From contig JAQGDQ010000218.1 of NCBI GenBank assembly GCA_030141605.1, positions 62,001 to 126,000 of the forward strand: 64,000 nt of DNA, in the 5' to 3' direction. Position numbers and translations under genes: made by a program. This document shows, piece by piece, positions 13,001 to 23,900 of this stretch; position 1 is the first letter of the stretch; each line of letters begins with the position of its first letter. The notes beneath the pieces were generated by a model. The model was not told where the DNA came from and searched no databases. It saw only the letters and a list, made by a program, of their open reading frames with translations. This stretch comes from Tubiluchus corallicola. Taxonomy: Eukaryota; Animalia; Priapulida.

Positions 13001-16000
13001 GAAAATTGTAAGCACATCTCATGATGTTTTACCCATTCAAGGATATCTTCCCGTATTGTCTAATTTACGATCAAGATTTTTTTGTTGCTCGGTGATGACT
13101 CTGTTTTTGTTTCACATAAAACACCAACTATGACATAGTTAAATCAATATTGATAATACTGAATACATTTAATGTAAATGATCTTAGTTTGGAAATATTG
13201 CTTTCCAGTGGTCATGGGTTATCTGGGGCAAATGAGTCTTGTACTGCATTGATGTTTTGGTAGTTAATTCATTATTTCACGTTTCTGTTCATTTCCTAAA
13301 TTTTGTTCAAAATTAACTGTGTATCCAGACGTTATTTGAAAATTTATTTTGCGTGTTTTATCACATTTTCTTAGTAAATCATTGGATTTACAGTTTTGTA
13401 ACAAAATCTATTTTCTAATTTACAGATAGAGAGAGAAAGACTGCACACTGAAGAACAAGTGAGTAAGTCCATGTTGGAGAAATCAGCTGCTGAGAAATCC
13501 TTGTCTACACTAGAGATGGAGAATGTTGATATGCATAGACAGGTAATGTAACACATGAAATCATAGCTGTTTACCAAAAAATTTCTGCCAAAAAGTAGTT
13601 GAAACAAGGATCAGTTGAATGCTATAAAAATTTTCTTATTTGTACAATATTTGTGCAAATATGTTGCTATTTTGGACTGCAACCATGCAATCTTAAGTTC
13701 GAGACTAGCGGCTGCCAATGCCAGGGCATACCAGCATACACCCTAGATGTCATTCGTTATTTGTGTATTGCATCCTCACCTATATTGTTGTAAGTGTAAG
13801 TCATTAAATAGCCGCTAGTGCTAATGTTGTCTGTTAAGTGAGCGAAGGTCAAATAAATTTTGTGTTTGTCTTTTGTCTTTACTTAATCAATCAATCATTT
13901 TCATTCACCCTAGTATCTCACTAATACAAATCTTATGCATGTCAGATGACATGCATGCTGCTTGTACATAAAGGATGATTATGAATCCATAATAATTAAT
14001 AGTATGTTTTGCTCTATTCTTAAATTTGCTTAGGTTTTGTACCATAGTTCTAATGTGAAAAAACTTTATCACATAACTTTACTCTGTAAATGTTTCTAGT
14101 TTCAATATTCTGTTTTAACCTAATCATCATGCTGAACTGTAGAGAATGAATAAGATAATTGATTAAATATTATATTTCTAGTGAGTATTAAGTTAAGAGA
14201 CAAGTTATCGGATGAGAAAATCAACTTTAGCCTTATTTTTTTACTGCACTTATATAAAGTCTGCCCCACATCAAAAAAGAAATGTTGATGAATTATGTAA
14301 TTTGGTGTTTCGTTGTCATTAAAAAAGTTAGTTGCAACAGCAATGCTTTCAATGTATATTTATCTTTTACTTCTTAGGCATCACGAAACTTGACTGCATT
14401 TCCATTCTGAGACCTTAAACTATTAAAAATGTTGAGGTATTTGTGATAAATATGAAGATCTAGTGGACAAAAAACTAAAGCAGAGGGTGATTCTATTTTC
14501 AGAAATAAATTGTGCCCATAGATTTAACTGTCGTGCATGCGCAGAGAAAGATTACTTTTGTTATACAAATTCTATAATCTGTAGTTAGGCAAACAATGGG
14601 CACCATTTTCTAATATAAAAATTGCATTCAATTGTTGGCCAAAAACAACCCTTTAACAACACATTTGTAAATTTTGGTCAGTATCACGGGCTAGGAATCT
14701 CTCTTGGAACAGGTGCAGCATTTAACTCTGTGATTGTGATGTGTTGATCTAAAAAGTGCCATTCCAAATTAGTGCTTGAGAATCAGTTAAGTAAAATTAA
14801 ACTTTTGAGGCTTTACTGCTAAAATTTATGACTCTTAGAAACAAGAGCTTATTAATTTAGATTTGTTCATCTGCAGGTTCAGAATCTTCAGACTCAGATG
14901 GCAGAGCAGGAACAGCAACACGCTCAGCGCTTAATTGATCTTACCTCTCGTCATCGCACAGAGACAGAGATGGAAACGGAGCGCCTCCGTACTGCGCAAA
15001 CCCAGGCCGAGAGAACATTGGACTCACGTGAACGTGCTCACAGAATGAAAGTTAAATCACTAGAGGAACAGGTATTCTTGTTTACTTTATTAGACATTCA
15101 TAGTAATCCACATTGATAGTTAACTCATATAAAGTTATTAGTGAATATGATGCAACTTTGAAAGAAGTCTTTAAAAATTCTTCTCTTTTGTATTATGAAA
15201 GGATGCGATATGATGCAGCCTCAGTTAGTTACAGTAAATCTAGAGATTTATAGTATCTGTGAAAGTTAGAGTTTGTCCTAGTGTGGTGCGTTAAGCGCAT
15301 TGTAAATTTGCAAATTTGTCAGTTTTGCACAAAAGTGTAGTACTGCCGACGTGGTGAGTTAATTTTTGTGTTTAAAAAAGTTTTCATCTCGATTATATCT
15401 GTACAATAGTGGTATAAAAACGTTTGTTTGATTGGACACTGCTGTACGAACAATCAGTGATGATATTTCTTCAAGAACTGTTCATCTAATCAAGTTATTG
15501 TTTGAGTTTTATTACGTTGTCGAGTTGTGTCTTGTAGTAGCTACAGTATCACCTGAAAAGTCAGTTGAAATAAACGTTAGAGTATATGGAGTTGTCTTAA
15601 ATTATTTTGGTGCATTCATATTTGTATATGATTATAGTTATGCATTTTTATCTGTGTTTTATGCGTGCTATACGTCATTTTATTTTAATACTGCTTTTCT
15701 ATTTTTATTGAATCTTTTATGTATTTGTACATGTTTGTTCGAAAATAAATGATATTAATAATGTCGGCTTTTTTGGTGTATGACTGACTAATTGATAAGT
15801 TCTGTTTTTTATGACTTGGTTATTTGACTACTTGATAAAATTAGCTTACCTGTGTTTGTTTAAACAGTAGTATGTCCCTTTATCCACTTGCAGTAAGATC
15901 GTTTTTGTTAGCTTAATTATTGTCAAGACTAAATAACTTAATTGAGCTGAAAATCAATGCAAATTTATGTTATGGTATCACAGACAAGAAATATTTTAAG

Positions 16001-16528
16001 TTTATAATGAAAAAGTGCTTGTAGTGTGCTGAAAAGTTGAACGATTTTGATGTCAGGTGTGAAATAAGATCTGCACATTCAGTTATGAAGATATTTTTTA
16101 TGAATTCTATTGTAGTTACAATAACATGTTCACTTGTTTAGGTTGCATCTTTGAAGGACCAGCTCGGATCAGAGATTCGTAAACGTCAAGCATACGTTTC
16201 ACGCAGTAGTGGAAAAGTAAGTGAAGATGCTAAGGATTTGCGCAACATCCTAAGTGATTCCCTTGGCATTGTTTCTCGCGACCCGACTCTCGACCCTATG
16301 TCACTGCAACACGAGATACAGAAACTGGATGATTCATTGCAGTACCACGCCAGATTCGACAACACTCCATCAAACAAGATGACTGCACAGACCCGTTCTC
16401 CATCAATACAGCGCACTCGCAGTATATCTCCCACTAGAATGGGACGACCACTCTCCTCCACACCTAGCTTTAGATCTAAGCGTCTGACTGCCGCTTCACC
16501 GAAACTACGATCTAGCCTCAAGAAGTAG
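843..16528 (+). CDS. CROCC: Rootletin (ciliary rootlet coiled-coil protein); last 20 coding exons, ~1200 aa; 5' part lies upstream of the window
   Basis: Phase-consistent exon chain 843-1012, 1484-1663, 1893-2089, 2704-2879, 3059-3244, 3450-3568, 3893-4018, 4559-4831, 6675-6825, 7661-7914, 8759-8879, 9660-9829, 10112-10285, 10603-10743, 11130-11269, 11598-11727, 12515-12715, 13426-13542, 14877-15071, 16142-16528. Long coiled coil with rootletin-like segments SALRRTIG, DVDPEMVR, ALQLQEETIRRGERDRK, SEHDRRVLQEKLD, LEKDRHALQKTL, RERAHRMKVKSLEEQV. Confidence 0.92.
1484..1663 (+). CDS. CROCC: Rootletin exon (ENLREEM...SEKQE)
   Basis: tttag acceptor, gtaaca donor, 180 nt. Confidence 0.9.
1893..2089 (+). 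CDS. CROCC: Rootletin exon (AISLVEEEKQ...), absent from the ORF track
   Basis: ttttag acceptor, gtaaat donor, phase 0 to 2. Confidence 0.88.
2704..2879 (+). CDS. CROCC: Rootletin exon (SSHEKAT...AMKD)
   Basis: catag acceptor, gtatgt donor, phase 2 to 1. Confidence 0.9.
3059..3244 (+). CDS. CROCC: Rootletin exon (VEQRDQLRK...QNFA)
   Basis: ttaag acceptor, gtaagt donor. Confidence 0.9.
3450..3568 (+). CDS. CROCC: Rootletin exon (MEEKKG...DLRRQ)
   Basis: ttctag acceptor, gtatga donor; LREVEKSRLESRRDL rootletin-like motif. Confidence 0.9.
3893..4018 (+). CDS. CROCC: Rootletin exon (AKTLEED...TKQR)
   Basis: attag acceptor, gtgtgt donor, 126 nt. Confidence 0.88.
4559..4831 (+). CDS. CROCC: Rootletin exon (LLEAEAS...HLAR)
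   Basis: tttag acceptor, gtaagt donor, 273 nt. Confidence 0.92.
5681..5705. repeat. (AT)n microsatellite
   Basis: Direct reading. Confidence 0.95.
6675..6825 (+). CDS. CROCC: Rootletin exon (VEGAKKD...SPTK)
   Basis: Weak gtgaag acceptor, gtaagt donor; SALRRTIG motif. Confidence 0.85.
7661..7914 (+). CDS. CROCC: Rootletin exon (YDNIY...TEKER)
   Basis: ttttag acceptor, gtatgt donor; Pro/Ser linker and DVDPE motif. Confidence 0.9.
8759..8879 (+). CDS. CROCC: Rootletin exon (EDAKGE...EVEQ)
   Basis: aacag acceptor, gtatga donor. Confidence 0.88.
9156..9547 (+). mobile_element. Non-autonomous pogo/Tigger (Tc1-mariner) DNA transposon, internal-deletion derivative, intronic
   Basis: 27-bp TIRs CCGTATTTTCCC(G/A)TGTATAAGAGACCC with 1 mismatch; TA target-site duplication at 9154-9155 and 9548-9549; retains a pogo transposase C-terminus (WNGVKPEVIIKSFKKCGISNAMDGTED plus acidic tail). 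Confidence 0.9.
9660..9829 (+). CDS. CROCC: Rootletin exon (KRGVDGRL...LTEK)
   Basis: cccag acceptor, gtaaga donor. Confidence 0.92.
10112..10285 (+). CDS. CROCC: Rootletin exon (LGKTK...TDKQ)
   Basis: tacag acceptor, gtattg donor. Confidence 0.9.
10603..10743 (+). CDS. CROCC: Rootletin exon (VLQGRV...LKDK), ends at a GC donor
   Basis: ttttag acceptor; the frame requires donor AAG/gcaaat. Confidence 0.8.
11130..11269 (+). CDS. CROCC: Rootletin exon (LNELN...LDSA)
   Basis: tgcag acceptor, gtaagt donor. Confidence 0.9.
11598..11727 (+). CDS. CROCC: Rootletin exon (QSLAEF...SSQT)
   Basis: tgcag acceptor, gtaata donor. Confidence 0.88.
12515..12715 (+). CDS. CROCC: Rootletin exon (LLVQRQ...TLTK), ends at a GC donor
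   Basis: ttttgcag acceptor; the frame requires donor AAG/gcatat. Confidence 0.8.
13426..13542 (+). CDS. CROCC: Rootletin exon (IERERL...MHRQ)
   Basis: tacag acceptor, gtaatg donor. Confidence 0.9.
14877..15071 (+). CDS. CROCC: Rootletin exon (VQNLQ...LEEQ)
   Basis: ctgcag acceptor, gtattc donor; RERAHR motif. Confidence 0.92.
16142..16528 (+). CDS. CROCC: Rootletin terminal coding exon (VASLKDQL...SLKK*)
   Basis: tttag acceptor, TAG stop at 16526-16528. Confidence 0.9.
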   Translation, partial: VASLKDQLGSEIRKRQAYVSRSSGKVSEDAKDLRNILSDSLGIVSRDPTLDPMSLQHEIQKLDDSLQYHARFDNTPSNKMTAQTRSPSIQRTRSISPTRMGRPLSSTPSFRSKRLTAASPKLRSSLKK

Positions 16529-19500
16529 TTATTATTCTGTAGAATACTTAATACTGCCATCTTACGCATGCATTTACAAACTTATTAAGATTGCTTTCCT
16601 AAAAATTTTGTATCTGACATGTATACCGTAGTAATGGTATAAAATTAGTAGATTATGAGTTGTAAAATTGTGACTGAAGTTTCATTTATCTAATGACAAG
16701 GAAGGGCTAAATTATGTGAAATGCTATTAGAATGATGGCAAAATTTGTTTGAATTTATTGAATATAGAACAGCAAAATTTACAAAGCAAGTGCCTTCGAT
16801 TTTAATTGTAAATTTTTCTTTCCTGTATGCAAAGTAACAATGCAATACGAGAAACACCAAAGAATGACATATTTTAATATTGGACTATTTCTTATGTACT
16901 TATAGAAAAGTGTTGTCATGTACTTGTCTGTGTTCTCGGTTAATATGACCGTTCCCTTTTAGGAGGAGTTTCACGTGAACAAAATTCTAGAACTTATTTT
17001 ACGATATGTGGTTTTCAGTCTTCATACTGTTATTTTATGGACTAAGTAGTACATGTATTGTCTACTGCATTGGGCCATTCAGTTGCTTTACAGTCTACTT
17101 TTACCGAAGTGAACTTAACTGCATTCCGTCCACGTGAATTTGTAAGTTAGATTCTGGAACTTTTAAATTTAAGTTTAGATATAAGTGTTGTTGTTTGCTT
17201 AATATTTTATGTCAAAACGTCCACTTAATCCTTGCCACATTTTGTGCACTTATACATTTACATAATTGTTGTATTGTCAAATAATTTGTCTTTTAATGTA
17301 CGTACCCTTTTTATCCTGCACGTATTTGTTGTTATTGTAACACATTGTGCTCATTATAACATCTAACATTTATGTTGAGTACTTTCTAGTACTTTGATCG
17401 AATCCAGCATATTTATGATCTTTAGAGCAGATAGATATCATAATTTTACAAGTGCAGTGTAGCATTGCATACACTGCCATGCAGTCAATAGTCCCTTTTT
17501 CATTGTGTATGTGACGATGACTATCTCTGTAGCATGTACAACTGTGCTACCACATGTTTTATTATTGTCATTCATGTGAGCATTCTTTATGACAGTCAGT
17601 TTTAACTATTGTTGCTGTTATAAGTCATGGTGTATTTGGTGACTATTTTCACTGTAGCACATATAGTATCATGGCATCGTGTCTCATTATATTTTGTGTG
17701 TTCCTGTATTTCATTCCTTAATTAACAATTGCTGTGTCACATCATTTTTGATAAAATACTTTTACTTTATTACTATGTATGAAATGAGTTTACTTTATTG
17801 AATTGATAATGTTGTGTAATTTAGTGAATTTGTAAAAGACATCCTCATTTAGTGAATTTATGTTCTTGAACAATTACTGATAAGCCTTCATTTTAAAGTG
17901 CCTATGTGCAAGATGTAGTCACTTAAAGAGTTATATGTAAGGCATTTATGCTATTATTTTGTCTGTTTTTTCTTAAACATAATCCTTACAAGTTCGTTTG
18001 AAGTTCACGTATTTTAGATCACAAAAATCATTAGCAATGATTTGTCTGGGAGTGAATAATTGTTTGCATTGAGAAAGGAGTGAGTGATGTTTAAGGAAGA
18101 AAGTCGGTGACCTTTTAATTGATTGTTTTAAAGTAAATGTTTATGAATGCTGTTATGTAATCATAGTTTTTACATTTTCAGTTGCACTTCACAAATGATG
18201 TCAAAGCACTGTTACTTGAAGTTATATTTAAATTCTAAAGCATTTTATTTGTTTGTTAGATTTCATTAAGCAGTAACTAATCAATGTCTAGTCACCGTTT
18301 ATTGCGCTTAGGAATCTATAGTTGAATAGTACATTATCAATTTTTTGTTCACTTATAGCTGTTATAATTATTATTATCATTATTCTAGTCTATAGATTTG
18401 CACCAAAGACTTATAGATGGCACAGTTATAAAAGTTATCAACCCCTGTGCTAGTTGGCATATTTCATCAACATTGTAAAATTTGTATCAGTTTCAGTTTG
18501 GTTTGACATCAGGATGTAACTTTCAGGCCAGTAACATCATGTAACAACATCATGTAACTTTTCAGGCCAGTAACAACAACAATAATTGTGTACAAGTAAT
18601 TTTGTCTTATGCACTTGGTGTAACGTTATTTAGATCTCAGTTTCCTATTAAACCTATATTTGTAACTGGTGGTTGTTATTAGATTTTTGATTGTACACAA
18701 ATGTTGTTGCACATTTAAATGATTTTGGGAAACTTGGTGTTTATAATATCTTTTTCAATGAATTTGATACACCTACATCAGATGTTAAGTGTCATATGTG
18801 CATGACACCCGTCAAATTAAACCTTTTTTGGCATGTGTCCCCATTATTATTTTAACCTGCCTTATAGAAAATTATCGCATCTAACTTATAAGTACTATGC
18901 GACCTTGTGATTTAATAGTAGCATGTTAGCAGCATTATGTCAAACTTGAAATTTCACTAGTTTCTTTTATACACTAATGACTTCAACAGATGCGACTATG
19001 TCTTTTAAATACTTCCTTGTGAAATGTTCCAATCAAAATATGTGGCGCTATCTATTGACAAGCAAATGGACAGACTCATGACTCTTTTAACTGTCACACA
19101 GCTTTGTGCCAGAGTTTGTTGTTTCTCTGCCAAACAGATCAAAATTTAACTGGCTCATACAATTTTTCGTAACCACATTTAACCTATTTGTATTATGAGT
19201 ACTGGTAATAAGAACAAAATATTACATGCAGTTATAAGTTTAATATAATGACTTACACTCAAAACTTTTAGTATCACACGAATTTTATGTCAAAAATTTG
19301 GCGAAGGCTTGACTTGTAATGATAACATTGAAGGCTTAATCGTGCAATGTTTATTATTTTTATTCTGTAAGTAATACAGCTTGTAAGTCTATTATCATGT
19401 AAGCTAGTGACCTGTAAGTTAAAATTACAACCAGCAACAAACTGTCTTTCTGTAACAGTTTTTGCTAAACCCAAATGCAACGCAGACTGCTTCAAGGAAA

Positions 19501-19829
19501 TCACATGTTTGTTATCTTACATTTGAATCTACCTCCGTAGTCATCTATGAAAGCCTACAAAGATCTACTTATATATAAAATTATTCTGAAGCTTAATTTG
19601 AATCTTAATTTTCGTGAAATGTTTTTCTGTCTTCTTGAAACAAAAGCAAATTATGTTATGTGCTTTAATTTTGTTACACAGCTATGAATTATAACCTACT
19701 GTTACAATGACACAGTTCTCATTAATAAAAATTAAGTTCATGCAAATGTGGCTGATTATAGTTTGCTACTTATTTTTTCATTGGCATAGACTATTATACA
19801 GTATCAGTGCTATCTCATCTCTTGAAGAC

Positions 19830-20020
19830 GTGTGAAACCCCTCTTACGTAATGCGAACCTGTGTGAAGAGGTGTGTTAACTATCAGTAAAAGTGTGAAAT
19901 CATGCTATGTAATGTGAAACAATCTGAAGTAGTGCGAACCAACTTGTAGATGCTTGAAGATGTATCAGTAGGTCATATTAATACGAAGCTGTGTGAAGCC
20001 GTTTAAAACTGTGTAAAAAG
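19830..20020. repeat. Degenerate 10-bp-period minisatellite (approx. RTGYGAARCN)
   Basis: Units such as atgcgaacct, gtgtgaagag, atgtgaaaca, atctgaagta, gtgcgaacca, atacgaagct, gtgtgaagcc. Confidence 0.6.
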
Positions 20021-20187
20021 TTACCACTTTTGATGACTTATTGTGAAGGCGTTCTTGGAATTATGTGAAATTCAAAGAGGTCACAAAATATTCATGATAA
20101 ATCATCGCATATTTTGATTTCACACACAGTCAAATCTACTTAAGGACAGATGTGTTATGCAAATACGGGGCCTGTACAGAGATACGA

Positions 20188-20311
20188 CTAACTTGCATCT
20201 CTTCTCGAGAGAAACCATGTTTTTATGGGCTCACTCTTTCCTTTCATGCGAACTTCGCCTCTGTAGGTGAATTGAAAATCTTCATTATAGTTTTCTTTCT
20301 TTAACAAGAAC
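20188..20311 (-). CDS. GUCY1B1: sGC beta terminal exon (FLLKKEN...WFLSRRDAS*)
   Basis: ttttgcag acceptor; RGEVRMKGK motif; TAG stop. Confidence 0.9.
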
Positions 20312-20949
20312 CTGCAAAAACCATATGAAATTATTAATTCCTTAATGCTGCATATTGACGATGACACCTAGCCTATCAAATTTTGCTTATAAGTTCCTAA
20401 ATTAATTCGTTTTACTAATATCTAACGGCATCAATAAAGTGACCAGACGGGCTGATATTTCTTTTGAGGGGCGTTTTCTGCATATGTTACCGAGAATTAG
20501 AATTTAAGCTGCTACGGCGAAAAATAATTCAAAAATTATGCAGCTCAGACTCATGCAAATAAAATCGTACTTGAACGCGTCCTCGGTTACGTTGATTTTT
20601 CCTGTCTCTCCAGTTGTTTCGGTTCGACTAGATAAATTCACTGTATTACCAAACAGGCAATACCGAGGCAGCTTTTTACCAACCACACCTGTAACCACTT
20701 CTCCAGAATGTATGCCAATTGTTAGCTATAAACAATGGAAACATGAATGGCACGCGTGTTGCAATAGAAACAGAACTAGGCCTAAATAAGATGAGTTGTT
20801 TTCTAATTAGTTGCAACAGAAGCAAGAAAAAGCAAAAAATTATTCATTCATTCTACAAACATGAAAAGACTCGTTTTAGTTTATAGTCCAAGAACCTGTA
20901 ACGAAATAACAAACTCATCTGGAACAAGATTTTTGACCTTTTCCGATAG

Positions 20950-20999
<50 letters not shown>

Positions 21000-23900
21000 G
21001 CCTATCGGAAAAGGTATATAGCCATATATTATATATATATATTAGCTGATAATACATTATTTTATACCATCTTAAATACCACTTAGTTGGGTAATTTTGG
21101 CTTTAGTGCTGCGTTGGCGGCCATTTTGAATGACCTTGACCTTGAATGACATTGAAACACTATTTTTCTGACAGGCCATATACATGTGAGAATACATTGA
21201 TGCCGTCTTAAATGCCACCTAGTTGAGTTATTTTAACTTTAGTGCTGCATTGGCGGTGCCCAAAATGGATTTACGGGGACTTTTAATATGTTATTCTGGA
21301 TGATTTTCTGGGTGTCTGTGTAAAAATTCAGCCATACACTATTTTTGTCCGGGTCAAACCTTATTACGACCGGACTAAAACTATGAATATCATTCACTTG
21401 TTACTACATAAGGGTCTAGCCTAGGCTATATTAAATTATATTCGATTTAAAAAATCACAACTTTGCCGCATTAACTAGCAACAAAATACGCTCCATTGTA
21501 TGCTAAAAACTATCCATACTTCATACTGAAAGCCCTCCTAAAAACTCTGCTCCCGTCATAAAAGGGTGCTTATTTGTGAAATGCCAGACTCATAGTCTTA
21601 ACTACGATATGCACTGGTCGAAAATCATATTCGTGATGAGGAAGTTAAAGGCCTTTTGGGGTACCTGTTTGCCTCCTGAAAGCCCGCTCTCGTTACAAAA
21701 GAGTAGTTATTTGTGCAACGCCAGATTCATACTTACAACATGCAGTGGTCAAAAGTCATGTTCCTGGCGAGGAGGTTATTGTGGTGAATAAATTTATAAA
21801 TCGATGATTTTCGATATTTTGGTATAAGAGATGCCTGCCTCCCTGATTGCATGAATAAATTTACAGATCGTGCGATAAGAAACTCACCCAGCTGAGAAGC
21901 TCGGATTTAATGAACTGTAAACAGCGTAGGTTGTCAGAACTAAAAATAGCGTTTACGTCAGGACACTCTAAGATGCTTAGGATAATTAGCTAACATTAAG
22001 TCGAGACAGATGTACCGTTCATAATGAGCAATATGCACAAAATTGCTAGTAATTAACAAAACTCTGCGAGGTCATTGTTTCTTGAAGAAAGAACACGGAT
22101 ACGTTTTACGGGCGTATAATGACTGCGTCTTCAAAACTTGTCCCATAAATTTTGTTGCTTCATACGACGCAGAAATTGTGGAAGGTTACTGCAAGGTTAC
22201 TTCAATGAAATATAAGCCCCGAGTTCGAATAACTCAGCGCTAGTTCCAGCCAGTACATCTCGAAAAGTACTGGAACAAGACACGTGTTGTGTGTACGGGA
22301 AATCACACGGAGGGCTGTTTGACCGACAAGACTCTGGAAGTTCAGCGTGGACATCTTTCTGCGTTCCTAGGATAATCTGGGCACTGAGCAAACAAGAAAT
22401 CTTGTATCAGCTATCGGAATTGACCAAATTGTATTGTACATTGGGTCAAATCCGCAGAGTTAAGTACTCTTAACATATTGGTAAAACTGAGAATTAACTG
22501 TGCATATCATCAGTAGTTCGCTTTGAATTAACTGTCGTCCATATTGCGGGGGCGTAGCTAGGAAACTTGAGAGATATAGACCTTTTCTCACAACGCGAAG
22601 GTCAAGGTGAAGTTTAGATAAGACGATCATTGCTTACTAGACTGATATCCAAAGCTCTCGGAGTCAGGTGAAGGATTCACCTTATAGCATTTAGGAGTTA
22701 AGCGGACATATTAAATTCAATCTATACGATACATAGATTTAAGTCACCTTACACTATACGATCTAGATTAACAGAAACATTAGGCATTTTAATTTAAGAA
22801 GGTGATAACTGGTGCCGTGACCAGGATTTTAGTGTTTTGCTATTTAGTATTTGCAATCTTTTGTAACTTTAATTAAGGTTCGGAATTTTGTAAACATTGT
22901 GAACTTATTATATACGATAAGTACGTTATTCTCAGGAGACGCGACTATAAACGCCACTGGAGACTGAGAGTGAAAGTTAGAGCAAGCCTTGAGGACATTC
23001 GACAATTGGAAAGTAATTACCGTAACGAATCGGAGACAGCACCAGAACGACGTTGGAACCCCCTCAACCAATTGGTGAGTGGTTTTTGTATTGTCAAAGG
23101 TGTTAACAGCCTGTAAATTGAAATTATGATTTGTGAAGATTGCTGAGAGAGCAAACGTAAAATATGTCGAACCCTCCTGTTATTAGCTCAGGCTTGTTAA
23201 GAACAGAGGAAAACCCTCTGGTAGAGAGAGTAAATTGGCTCTCATCTCAGTTGGGCGCCATTGCTGATCAGTGGGCCTTAGATAGTGCGGCCAAATTTAT
23301 TAAGAACTTTACTGGCGAAGGATATGATTGTAGTGAAAGTTTTAGGCAATGGATTCAAGATATTAGCCGGAGAGGTTTCTGCACGTCAAATGACTCAGAA
23401 CAGACCGGTGGTTTATGCATAAGATTAGCATATATGACAGTAGGAGGAGCCTGTGGGCGATATTTAGATGCTAGCCGTAAAATCTGGTCGAAATTGAATT
23501 GGGGTCAATTTATTTCGTTTTTAGAACCTAGATATGTCAGTAGAGTGGAAGTAACTAGACATATATTAGAATTAAGATCGATGCGGCAGCATAGACAGGA
23601 ATCATTGCGGCAATTGGTCGATAGAATTTGGTTCCACGCGAGAATTGCATATAAACCTTTAGAAATAGAAAAACCATTAGTACAAAAGGTTTTAATTGAC
23701 GTGTTGGTAGAATCACTACTAAGTGACAAGTTACGTGCGAAGTTAATTAAGCACAATCCAGCCACTTTAGAAGCAGCGCTTGCTCGCTGTAGGTTGGAAG
23801 AAAGCAATCAAGGAATTGCTAGGTTAAGGAACCGACATTCACGTCAGGGGTGTTTGGAAATGCCAAGAGAGTTAGGGAAATTAGCAGCCACAAATAACGA

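Noticed and set aside
16186-16569. Antisense ORFs over rootletin, pol, sGC, GTPase and KCTD exons
   Set aside because: Shadow frames of real coding sequence
19042-19058. CTCF-like motif GCGCTATCTATTG (also near 52276)
   Set aside because: Short motif that is common in repeats; no independent support
22043-22473. Short ORFs repeated at 31455-31888
   Set aside because: They are repeated only because they lie in the LTRs; non-ATG starts and no domain similarity
22507-22513. CTGANGA hammerhead core on the minus strand of both LTRs
   Set aside because: No stem II or GAAA follows
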